Part shown: in pieces, positions 12,773 through 22,989 of the stretch
How the letters are laid out: each line of letters begins with the position of its first letter
Position numbering within the stretch: position 1 is the stretch's first letter
From: Neophaeotheca triangularis
Taxonomy: Eukaryota
Reading direction: 5' to 3'
DNA length: 64,000 nt
NCBI GenBank assembly: GCA_054600435.1
Contig: BAAIJX010000051.1
Span: 62,001-126,000 of the forward strand
Program-made: the position numbers and the translations under genes
Notes under the pieces: model-generated
Database searches by the model: none
Seen by the model: the letters and a program-made list of their open reading frames with translations, nothing else
Told to the model about the DNA's origin: nothing

Positions 12773-13155
12773 AAGAACTGTTGCTTTCCAACAATCACGG
12801 AGACAACGGAGAGGATGCTGCGGGAGTACTTTGGGTTGGATCGCGAGTGGGTGCCGCTTGAGGTACCGGGCTTATGTCCTTATAGATGATGGTTTGGTTG
12901 AGAGAGATGGACTGCGAGAGAGACTGCGAGCGTAATATAAGTAGTGGTAGTGGTACAATGCAGCTCGCTAGCTAAATGGTCTACCTTCTTCCCTCGCAAG
13001 CGACATGCTCACGTTGCTTCGACGGTAGCGTAAGTTGTAACGCCAAAAGTCCATGCTCCTCTGACCCTTCTCATCTCATACCAGTGCACCACATGGCAAA
13101 GACGATAGTACAACTCTCCCTCTCATCTCCCATCCCCCAATCCCATGACAGAAGC

Positions 13156-14546
13156 CTAATTATACTGCGCATAAGCAGCGGTAGAATTGAACTTCATGCC
13201 ACCCCTAATGACCTTCTCGACCGCAGACAAGAAATCCTTCTCCGTCGCCACCTTTCTCCTCGCCCTGATCGCAAACATGCCCGCCTCCGTCGCCACAGAC
13301 CTCAACTCGGCACCCGTGGAATTCGGACACAACCTCGAAATCAACTCCCACCTTATATCCCTCTCGACGGACATGGACTTGGCGTGGATCCTCAGAATAT
13401 TCGCTCTGCCCTCCATATCCGGGAGCGAGAATTCGATTTTGCGGTCGATACGGCCGGGGCGCATGAGCGCGGGGTCTAGCGTGCTAGGCCGGTTGGTGGC
13501 GAACATGACCTTGATGTTGCCTCGACTGTCGAAGCCGTCGAGCTGCGTGATGAGCTCGAGCATGGTACGCTGGACTTCGTTGTCACCGCCGGCGCCGTCG
13601 TCGAAGCGCGCGCCCCCTACGGCGTCGATTTCGTCGAAGAAGATAATGCAGGCTTTTTTCGTGCGTGCCATCTCGAAGAGCTCGCGCACCATGCGGGCGC
13701 CTTCGCCGACGTATTTTTGGACTAGTTCGGAACCGATTACGCGGATGAAGGTGGCGTCAGTGCGGTTGGCGACGGCGCGTGCACATAATGTTTTGCCTGT
13801 GCCTGGGGGTCCGTAAAGGAGGGCGCCTTTTGGCGGGTCGATGCCGAGGTTAACGAAGCGTTCGGGCGAGAGCAGCGGCATCTCGACGACCTCGCGGAGC
13901 TTCTCGATTTGCTCTTTGCAGCCGCCAACGTCGCCGTAGGTTACATCGGGCTTTTCCTCGACCGTCATCATGGTGACGGAGGGATCGATCTTTGGGGGCA
14001 GAGGGAGCATGATCTGATATTTGTTCCTGTCGACACCGACGCGCATTCCCTCCTCAATGTCCGTTGGGGAAACGCGCTCGCCCAGGTTGACAACGAACTT
14101 GGCGATTTGCTTGACGTTGATGACATATTTGTGCTTTTCACTGTCGCGTTCGTCGGCGATGATCTTGGTGCAGCGAGCGACTTGCAGGGGTTGCTCTTCG
14201 CTCATGCGTTGCCGGTCGGCTGCTACGTCCCAGAGGTGAGGGGGCGCTAGACCTGTGTCGGATTCCTTGACGCCGATTTTCTCGTTTACCGCTGTTTGTC
14301 GGTCTTTGATTTGCTTTTCTAAAAGTGCGAGAGCCGTGGCGTAGGGGGCGGAGTTGTAGGTTTTGAGGACTTGGATGTCTCTGGGGGGAGAGAAGGGTGG
14401 GTTAGTATGGTGTGGAGTAGGGCGAGGGGGTGTGTTGTAGGGACCACATACTCTGCTGATAGCGGTGTGATCTTCTTCTCTTCCTTTTCATCGTCGGCAA
14501 ACTTCTTCTGGAACTTCTCCCAGTCGGAGCCCGTGGCGGACGGCAT
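13156..14546 (-). CDS. RPT1: 26S proteasome regulatory AAA-ATPase subunit 7; exons 14546-14452, 14380-13156
   Basis: [12 protein letters not shown]-terminus, [16 protein letters not shown], Walker A GPPGTGKT, Walker [22 protein letters not shown]. Intron 14381-14451 (GTATGT..CTAAC..CAG). Confidence 0.97.
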
Positions 14547-14986
14547 GGTGGTTGATTGCCTTTGGCTCGGCGCCTGCTCGAGCTATGTGTGGCGGTCGTT
14601 CAGTTGGGGATGGATCCTGGAGACTGTCGTGGGGCGGTATTGAATCGGAGGCGGAAAATAGCTTGATGCGGGAGTGATGTCGTTGGCTTTGTGGTCTTGA
14701 GTGGATGGTATGGCGGGAATGAGTAGTAGCTGGAGAGGTGTTCGGGTGTTGATGTTGGGTGAAGCTGCGGCGACTGGCCTTCGGAGGTGACGCTGTGTCT
14801 ATGTGGTCCGTGCGCGAAACCGCTATCGACTTTCTGGAGAAAACATACGCGACCTCACGCGAATTGCTAAAGGCAGAGGAAACACGATTGATTCACCTTC
14901 GATTCCGTCAACACCTACTTTTCCACACCGACAATCGAACCGATACCTCACTAAAAGCTTGAAAAGTCCCCAAATCATCACCCAAG

Positions 14987-16609
14987 ATGGCGCAGGGCGC
15001 CCAAACCAACAGCACCAATGCCTCGTTCAAGGACAAGGAAAAGCCCACGGCGGTGAGGTCGGCCAACATCACAGCAGCACGAGCAGTCGCAGATGCCATA
15101 CGCACTTCGCTCGGACCCCGGGGCATGGACAAGATGATTCAAACGGGCAAGGGCGAGACCATCATCACAAACGACGGCAACACGATGCTCAAAGACATGT
15201 CGGTCATGCACCCGGCGGCCAAGATGTTGGTAGATCTGGCAAATGCTCAGGATGTGGAGGCGGGAGACGGTACAACTTCAGTCGTTGTTGTGGCTGGTAG
15301 TCTGTTGGCTGCGGCGGAGAAGCTACTCGGCAAGGGCATACATCCTACCATCATCTCAGAGTCATTCCAACGGGCGGCTGCGAAAGCGGTCAAGATATTG
15401 GAGGATATCAGCGTACCCATCAATCTCGCCGACCGCGCTACCCTGCTCAAGGCCGCCAGCACATCTCTATCTTCCAAGATCGTCTCCCAAGAACCATCAC
15501 TAGCACCCATGGCCGTCGACGCAGTTCTCAAGACCATCAACCCTCAAAACGCAACAAATGCAGACCTTCGACAAATCCGTGTTCTCAAGAAGCCCGGCGG
15601 TGTCATCGCCGACTCCGAAATGGTCGACGGTCTCGTGCTCCAACAAAGCGTAGTGAAGAGCGCGGGTGGCCCAACACGCATCGAAAAGGCCCGCATAGGC
15701 CTGATCCAATTCCAACTCTCCCCGCCGAAACCCGACATGGAGAATCAAATCGTAGTAAACGACTACAGACAAATGGACAAGATCCTCAAAGAGGAGCGCA
15801 CTTACCTCCTCAACATGGTCAAGAAGATTAAGAAAGCCAAATGCAACGTCTTGCTCGTCCAAAAGTCCATCCTCCGCGACGCCGTCAACGACCTCTCCCT
15901 GCACTTCCTCTACAAACTCGGCATCATGGTCGTCAAGGATATCGAGCGCGACGAAGTCGAATTCATCTGCAAATCCACCGGCTGCAAGCCCATCGCCGAC
16001 ATCGACAGCTTCACCGAAGACAAACTCGGCACCGCCGACCTGGTCGAAGAAGTCTCCTCTCTCGGCTCCCGCATCACCCGCGTCACGGGCGTCAAGTACG
16101 CCAACCCCAACGCTGCGCGCACCGTCTCCATCGTCGCCCGCGGCGCCAACAGCCTCATTCTCGACGAGGCCGAGCGCTCCCTTCACGATGCCATGTGTGT
16201 CGTCCGCTGCCTCGTCAAGAAGCGCGCTCTCCTCCCCGGTGGCGGAGCCCCCGAAATGGCCGTCTCCACGCGCCTCGCCCAAGAAGCCCTCACCTCCCCG
16301 TACCCGGATAGCATATGCTTCAAAGCTTTCGCGGAAGCTTTGGAAATCTGTCCCATCACGCTGGCCGAGAACGCCGGTCTCAACTCCATCAAAGTCGTCA
16401 CGGAGTTGCGGGCTCGCCATGCCAAGGGCGAGACAAACGTCGGTGTCAGTATCAAGAGAGGGGGCGTTGGTGTTATGGGTGAGGGCGAGCAGGGCGCCGG
16501 TGGCGAGGGCGTCATGCAGCCGCTGTTGGTCTCGACGAGCGCCATTGAGCTGGCGAGCGAAACTGTCAAGATGATTTTGCGAATTGATGATATTGCTCTG
16601 AGCAGGTAA
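14987..16609 (+). CDS. CCT4: T-complex protein 1 subunit delta (CCT chaperonin)
   Basis: [26 protein letters not shown] and the delta-type [24 protein letters not shown]; intronless, 540 aa. Confidence 0.97.
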   Translation: MAQGAQTNSTNASFKDKEKPTAVRSANITAARAVADAIRTSLGPRGMDKMIQTGKGETIITNDGNTMLKDMSVMHPAAKMLVDLANAQDVEAGDGTTSVVVVAGSLLAAAEKLLGKGIHPTIISESFQRAAAKAVKILEDISVPINLADRATLLKAASTSLSSKIVSQEPSLAPMAVDAVLKTINPQNATNADLRQIRVLKKPGGVIADSEMVDGLVLQQSVVKSAGGPTRIEKARIGLIQFQLSPPKPDMENQIVVNDYRQMDKILKEERTYLLNMVKKIKKAKCNVLLVQKSILRDAVNDLSLHFLYKLGIMVVKDIERDEVEFICKSTGCKPIADIDSFTEDKLGTADLVEEVSSLGSRITRVTGVKYANPNAARTVSIVARGANSLILDEAERSLHDAMCVVRCLVKKRALLPGGGAPEMAVSTRLAQEALTSPYPDSICFKAFAEALEICPITLAENAGLNSIKVVTELRARHAKGETNVGVSIKRGGVGVMGEGEQGAGGEGVMQPLLVSTSAIELASETVKMILRIDDIALSR

Positions 16610-18420
16610 AGGGAGAGGGCTAAAGAGTAGGAAGATTTTTGTTGGCAGAAAAGTGGACACGGTATGGCACAGCGGTAGTAGTACCTTATGCTACGGTCGT
16701 ACAGAAAGCACCAAAATGTCACGAGGCTCTTGTGTGTAAAAGTCGAAATCTACGTACGTCATGTGCACTACCTCGCCAACGCAGACCAGCGCCCGAAGAT
16801 CCGTTTCACGATCCGCTTGCTTTTCTCCTGTTTTCTTCTTTGACGTCGATGATCTGATAGCTGGGTTTGTTCTTCACCGAGGGTGTGTTTGCTTCTTCTT
16901 CGCCACTAGCTTTGGCTGTGGGTGCCAATTTTCTTGACTTCTTGTCTTCTTCCATTTTTCTGGTCAAGGTTGTTTTATGCGTCGGCTTACACTACGATAG
17001 CACTGCGAGGTCTTGCACTTGACCTAACGATCCAAGGTACTATCCAGCCCTCGCCAAAAGAACGCTTGTGAACACTGCTGACCGTGCAATCAAGCTCAGG
17101 GGGTGAAACATTACGCCTCCCTCTTCTGCCCCGTGGGTTCCCAGTGGTCCACTTCCCCAAGCTCGAAACAGATGACTCCAAGCGAAGATAGCCACTCACC
17201 TCCATCAAGACGAAGAAGCGCAGAGTAACTTTCCTTAGAAGGCCAGCACAGTAGCATTGTAAACTGCTCGCACTCAATCGTCTCCAGCGAACTTCTAGAT
17301 AGAGTCGAGCCGACGCCGCAATTTCGCGGTCGGGGAACTTGACTCCGATTTCTCGCTCTCGACTGCACGTTCTACCACCGGGAGGTCTTGAGCTAGCTAC
17401 CGAAAGCACCGTGAGTGAGTTTCCCAGATTTTGAGACTGTTTCCTGGTTGATCTCCGGCTGACCACAGTAAGCAAACCCCCTTCACAGCTTGCGCTCACA
17501 ATATTGGGGGTTTGAAAGATTTTTGCTCTGAGGCCCTGGAAGCTTCGCAGGCTTTCTACCGGCTACTAACCGCGAAGGGAGCTTTTGGCGTTGTTCACGG
17601 CCCTTCTGGTTGCTCTTGGCAGATTTCGTCGCCTACACTGCTCCCGCGGTGAAGGCTGACCGGGCCTGGGAGTAGTGTCTCAGAGCTTTTAGTCTGTAGA
17701 AGCAGCGAGGAATTTCGCAGGTCAATCTGCTGAGAGCATAAAAAGAGAGCGGCTTCTTGCTTGCAAGTTGGTTTCTCGGCAGGGGTTTGGGCTGGAGGGC
17801 TTCACTCTGCGCTCACTCGTGACTTTGGGGTTTTGCAGCTCTTGGCTGTACGTTGATGCTCGCCTGTCTTGATGAGATTGGATACTTCGCTGGGGTCAAT
17901 ACTTGGTGAGTTTTCTTGGATCTGACGATGTTTCCTCACTTGGGGTTCAGCTTGCTTTCGAGGAACTTTGCCTCACTTACCTTACACCACTGATTCTCAC
18001 CAGACCTCGTTCTAGACATTCGCCAGGGAAAGCTTCAAGTGAGTCCCTCCCAAGTGAGGATCTCGCGTTTTGGCTGAAGTTCTAACGAGCATCTTCACTC
18101 AGGGCTTGGAGTGACCTAACGACTTCACGTCGCCTACCATCACGCTTCAGCCCTGCGGTCACCTTTATCCTGAGCAGTCATTTAGGAGTCCACGTGAGCA
18201 CTTTTGAGTGAGGTTATTGTGATCTTGGCAGCGGATCTAACGTTATAACTTCACACAGCACTCAGCTGTACTTGGACAAACTTCCTGTCGCCTACCACAA
18301 CTTCTAACTTCACAAGCAACAACATATCAAGCATCAACCAGGAGCTATACTCACACTAAAACTATCAACGTAAAGACAAACACCCTGGCGTCAAGCCAAA
18401 CCACAAACACTACCGCCATC

Positions 18421-19329
18421 ATGGCCACCAAACAAACAAACCCTCCTCCTACAACCTCACTAACACCTCCAGCTGGACCTCCAAACACAGAATCAGCAGA
18501 CACAGAACCGACTCCACCCGAAAACATGCCTGACATCAACAATCTGACCTCCGACCCCAACGAACCTTCCGCAATCCCCACAACCCCAGAGGGCGTCACA
18601 GCCCGCATCCGCTTCTTGGAATCCCAACTAAGGGAAACCCTCACCACAACCACCACCCTCCGCCAACGTATCAACGCCTTGGAGCGCGAAACCGCATTCC
18701 TAGAAAGCCGCGTGACCCAATACGAACACAGCCTCTACGGTGCCGGGACCCCCCCAACCTTCCCATCAACAACAACTCGCGCGCTACACCGCGCCCAAAG
18801 CACCCAAACCCACGGCACAACGCCCGGACGCGGTCAGCCGATAGCGCCGTACACCGCCACCACGCCGGCGATCGGGAGCAACTACAACACCAACCATCCG
18901 AACACCCCTTCTCCTCCTTCACCCGAACACGGAAACCTGAACCCCCGCCCCCGTAACCGCTCCGCCAACCTCCTGAACCTTACTTTCCGCCTCTCATCCC
19001 CAAGCGTCTACAACCCCCACCCCACGAACAACAGCCCCACCACTCCCGGAACGCCTGGGCTACCCCTCGGGAGCACGGATTTCGCTTTCACAGTGCGGGC
19101 TGATGACACGCTAGCGGGTGTGAGGGAGGTTTTGGCTGGGAGAGTTAGGAGGGAGGCTGAGGAGTTGGTTTTGTGGGTGGGGGATGGGGAACAGGGTGAT
19201 GGGGAACAGGGGGGGAGAATCGTTGTAGGGGCTGGGGAGGTGGTGAGGGGGAGTGGGGTAAGGGAGGGGGGGATTGTTTTTGTTGGATTGGATGGAGATG
19301 AAGGGGAGGGGGTGGGCGTAGGGGTTTAG
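18421..19329 (+). CDS. Hypothetical protein: N-terminal coiled coil, P/T-rich linker, possible C-terminal ubiquitin-like fold
   Basis: 302-aa ORF with a good start context (GCCATCATGG), a heptad-like segment RIRFLESQLRE..RINALERETAFLESRVTQYE, and C-terminal FAFTVRADDTLAGVREVLA..ELVLWVGDG. Confidence 0.6.
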   Translation: MATKQTNPPPTTSLTPPAGPPNTESADTEPTPPENMPDINNLTSDPNEPSAIPTTPEGVTARIRFLESQLRETLTTTTTLRQRINALERETAFLESRVTQYEHSLYGAGTPPTFPSTTTRALHRAQSTQTHGTTPGRGQPIAPYTATTPAIGSNYNTNHPNTPSPPSPEHGNLNPRPRNRSANLLNLTFRLSSPSVYNPHPTNNSPTTPGTPGLPLGSTDFAFTVRADDTLAGVREVLAGRVRREAEELVLWVGDGEQGDGEQGGRIVVGAGEVVRGSGVREGGIVFVGLDGDEGEGVGVGV

Positions 19330-19739
19330 AGGTGTGTGGGTTTGGAGCTGGGATGCGTGGTGGGTGGGGTTGCGAGGGTGATGGGTGGTGTGAACCTTGC
19401 TGGCGGCGGGGGCTGGTGAGGCGTTGGTGAGCGGTTTGCTCTGAGAGTTTGCATCACATACGATACCATTTGCTTGCTGAGGGTAGGCGGCGTCTTGAAG
19501 CAGGCAAATTGCGAGTCTTTGAAGTCTAGTTATCGATTAATGAAACAACTTCTTAGTAGGGAAGCAATGCTTATCTCTCTTCATGCTTTACTACGATACA
19601 CCCAGCATCAGCACAAAAAGTCAATCTGCAATAGCAACTTCGCAAAAGCCTGCTTGGCATCGTAATAACAACTCAACACCGAACACCGCGCTAGAACTAC
19701 AAGCAACAGACCCCATTGCCCATTCAAAAAGCAACGAAT

Positions 19740-22328
19740 TCAGAAATCCTCAATGTCATCATCCTCCAGCACCAGACTCTGCACCGCACTCTCCACAGCA
19801 AGCTTAGAACCTACAACCTCCGCTTGCTCACCCCTTTGACGACCCTTATCCCCTTTCTTCGGACCCCGGCCACTTTCAGGCAGATCCGTCGCCCAAGCCT
19901 CCACAGGCGCCTCAGCATCCCTGTCTTCCGCATCGAGCGAGTCACTGTCATCCTCAACAACGGCCGTGGTCCGCACACTCGTGACTTTAGCAATCTGCTC
20001 CCTTAGAGCCGGCGACATAGCACCCGAAGCGATGCGAGACATGTACGGCAAACGCTCCAACAGCATTTCGGACCGCGAAGCAGTCAAGACGCCGCCGTCT
20101 TGCCCACCAGCAGCAGAACCTTCAGACCACTTATCCGGCTTCTTGGCCCAGCCTCCAACATCACCACCACTTCCCACAGCAGCCTTGACACCCGTACCAA
20201 ACCCCCCGGTCAGCGCCTTCCGCGTCAAGACCTCCAGAACCCCCTCCACCTCCTCCCTTCCCCGCCACAACCGCAAACTCTGTGGGTAAAACATGCGATG
20301 CGCGTCCCTTTTCCCAGCACCAGCGGGCGCAACCCTGTGGACAGGGCATGGCAAAGCGAACAGCACGCCGCGAACGGCAGTCTGAAAAGCCAGTTCGTCT
20401 TGGCGGAGCGAGTCGCTCGCGGAACCGGAAAACGCGCGCGTGCCGAAGGAGAAGCGGTCGAGGGAGAGGGTGTCGGCGTCGGAGAGGGCTTCGAGGCAGG
20501 TCGAGAGGGTTTCGAGGGTTTGTTCTGAGGAGTTGGGGCCAGGTTGAGTGGTGGAGAGGGCGTAGTTCTCGTGGAGGCTGGCAAGGAAGGTGGAGGTGTC
20601 GGTTCCGAGGTCGTCAAGGAGGCGGTCAGGGTTTGTTTCGGGGAGGAGTGGGCGGTGGAGGTGCTGGAGGTGGGGTGCAGGTTGAGGTGCTCGGGTTCCG
20701 GGGGGTGGAGGGAGGCGCTTGTTGTAGACGATTTTGCCAACGGCGTGGAAGATTCCGAGGCTGCTTTCGCGGTTGCTGATGAGGCTAATGGCTTCGGTTT
20801 CGGCTTTTGTGAGGGCGGGCTCGGGTTTGCGGGTTTTGGGTTTGGTGAAGGTGATTTTGTTTGACCAGAGGTTGTCTTCGTCGCCACGGATGCAGAGGAA
20901 TTCGAGAGAGGAGATTGCACTGCGGATGTCGCCGCCTTCCGCAATGTGTTTCAGTACCTGTGGCCCTGGTGTTCTCCGTCTGCCGGTTTTGCGGGCCTCT
21001 TTTAGTACGACGGCCTCCAGCGCTTTGGTCAGAATGGTAGGGGCAATGGGGTTGAATTCAATTGTGTTCAGAAATGGATGATTGGATAGCTCTGGACCTA
21101 ACAAACGGTGAGCTGTGAAGCTATCGGCCGCAGCTGTACTGGTTGACAGCAGTGTCTCAGAGACGATCAGAATGATTGGTGTAGGTGTTTCTCCTCGTAT
21201 CAAAGGCGCCGAAAGATACTGGAGTAACGTCGAGCGAAAGGACAGCAGCATCGGAGAGTCGCGAGAGAACGTGCTTGGAAACTCTTCCACAAGCAACAGC
21301 TGCGGTCTTATACTGCCCTTATTAGGCGAGCTCTCGAGGGTAGGCTGATCGCCATGAGCCAAGAGATCCTCATTCGTGGCAAAAGTCAGCCCAGAAGATT
21401 TCCCAGCCCTGGCAACGAATTCCTCAAACTGCGCGCTCGCCGAAATTGACCCCTCAGTAGCATACTCATTCCCGACAGGACTCTTCCACTCCAGCACCTC
21501 CACGGCAAGTTCCTTAGCCAGTAGTTGCAGAGTAGCAGTCTTTCCCGTGCCAGCAGCACCCTTGAGTACTAGCACTTTCCGCCGTCTCCCTCCGAAAGCA
21601 TCACTAAGCCAACGCTTTACATCGTCGATTTTCCGCTTATGTACCGCGAGCTCCGAAGCTTCCGCGGGCGCAAATTGATCGATCCAGGGGCGTTTGTCCT
21701 CGTTAAAGACCGAGACTGAAGGCTGTCGCAAGCCGTCGTTCGTCTTTCGGAACTTCTGCGTTGGCGCTGGTGGGAGGCTGCTGTTGATACTCTGGGAGGC
21801 AAGGTGTTGATCGTGCTGTCCCTTGCGTTTCCGGAGCGCCAGGGCGGTGCTGGAACCTTTAGAAAGACTGTAGCGATTGCCGCCATCGTCGGAGAAGTCC
21901 GAACTGATTTCTTCCGCTTGTTCCTGAGACGGCAGCGGTCTCTCGGGGCTGGCAGAGGGATGTGCAGATCGCGGTTGTTGCTGCTGTTGTCTCTGCACTG
22001 CTGCGTTGAAGAAGGAAGCGATGGACTTTCCATTGGTCTTTGTCTGATCATTGACCTCTGGATTAGTCTTGGTTTTCGAAGTCTTCCCCTTCGCCGGAGA
22101 CTTCCGTGCACTCTTGGTCTGCGTAGATTGCGGTGGCGTGTGTTCCTGTGTCTTACTTGCCGTCTTCTTGACAGGCTTAAGCTTCCCGGCAGCTGACTGT
22201 TTCCGCCTTGCTGGCTTCAACCCTTCTTCCTCGGACTCCACTTGAGCTATAGGAGTCGATGTGGCTTCTTCCTCGTCGTCTGAAACCACAATGTGTTTCC
22301 GTCGAGAGGCTCTGGGTTGTTGGCCCAT
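19740..22328 (-). CDS. RAD17: Checkpoint clamp-loader subunit Rad17 (S. cerevisiae Rad24)
   Basis: PWIDQFAP..ELAVHKRKIDDV, Walker A GAAGTGKT, LLLVEEFP, IEFNPIAPT, GDIRSAI, GIFHAVGKIVYNKR. Confidence 0.93.
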   Translation of the reverse strand: MGQQPRASRRKHIVVSDDEEEATSTPIAQVESEEEGLKPARRKQSAAGKLKPVKKTASKTQEHTPPQSTQTKSARKSPAKGKTSKTKTNPEVNDQTKTNGKSIASFFNAAVQRQQQQQPRSAHPSASPERPLPSQEQAEEISSDFSDDGGNRYSLSKGSSTALALRKRKGQHDQHLASQSINSSLPPAPTQKFRKTNDGLRQPSVSVFNEDKRPWIDQFAPAEASELAVHKRKIDDVKRWLSDAFGGRRRKVLVLKGAAGTGKTATLQLLAKELAVEVLEWKSPVGNEYATEGSISASAQFEEFVARAGKSSGLTFATNEDLLAHGDQPTLESSPNKGSIRPQLLLVEEFPSTFSRDSPMLLSFRSTLLQYLSAPLIRGETPTPIILIVSETLLSTSTAAADSFTAHRLLGPELSNHPFLNTIEFNPIAPTILTKALEAVVLKEARKTGRRRTPGPQVLKHIAEGGDIRSAISSLEFLCIRGDEDNLWSNKITFTKPKTRKPEPALTKAETEAISLISNRESSLGIFHAVGKIVYNKRLPPPPGTRAPQPAPHLQHLHRPLLPETNPDRLLDDLGTDTSTFLASLHENYALSTTQPGPNSSEQTLETLSTCLEALSDADTLSLDRFSFGTRAFSGSASDSLRQDELAFQTAVRGVLFALPCPVHRVAPAGAGKRDAHRMFYPQSLRLWRGREEVEGVLEVLTRKALTGGFGTGVKAAVGSGGDVGGWAKKPDKWSEGSAAGGQDGGVLTASRSEMLLERLPYMSRIASGAMSPALREQIAKVTSVRTTAVVEDDSDSLDAEDRDAEAPVEAWATDLPESGRGPKKGDKGRQRGEQAEVVGSKLAVESAVQSLVLEDDDIEDF

Positions 22329-22989
22329 TTTCTCGTAATGTTGGACCGGCCGAGCTGAGCATCTGACTCGAAGGTACTGGACGCCCCTCTACGACTCAAA
22401 TGAAACACGCCGTCTTCCTCTTACAAAGCTCAAAACAAAACATGAACCCATGGCATGTCTAGAGGTGGATGGACGTCCGAGGTCGCTGATGCTTAGTCAG
22501 GCAATCAGACGCGCTCCAGCCGAATGCGAGCACTCTAACAATATGCCAAGTCCATTCCCCATGCCATTGGCTATAGGGCGTACGCGCTAATAATTGGCCG
22601 TTCCTTATGCGAGAAAAGGATTCTACAGAGAGCTCCAAGGGTGAGACTCCCATGCGTGGGGCCATTGAAAAACAGCAGACGCGCTACTTCGTGGCGCCGA
22701 CAGCACAATCTCATACATGGGAATCGTCGTTGATTCTTGAATAGACCAGGGATCGGCACTTGAAACAGTGAAGGCGTATCGAGTCCAAGCGCACAAGAAG
22801 CCAGAGGACAAGAGTACCTAGTATACACAGCAATACAAGCGGAGCGGCATGCCATCTAGCAAAGCAGGCGCATATATACTACAGCACGGCTCTTGTTCGC
22901 CCAACCAGCGCCCCATCTCCAACGCCCTCTGCCACATCCTCGCTTCTAAGCCAAGCAAGGCTAACCCCCGTCATCGCGCGAACAAAACC

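Noticed and set aside
14547..14986. Rpn4/PACE element in the RPT1-CCT4 head-to-head promoter
   Set aside because: No GGTGGCAAA-type match seen; the divergent arrangement alone is ordinary in compact fungal genomes.
15500..16660. 386-aa antisense ORF over CCT4 (also 47882-48997 over the lipase and 13187-13816 over RPT1)
   Set aside because: Antisense shadows of GC3-rich conserved genes with no independent motifs.
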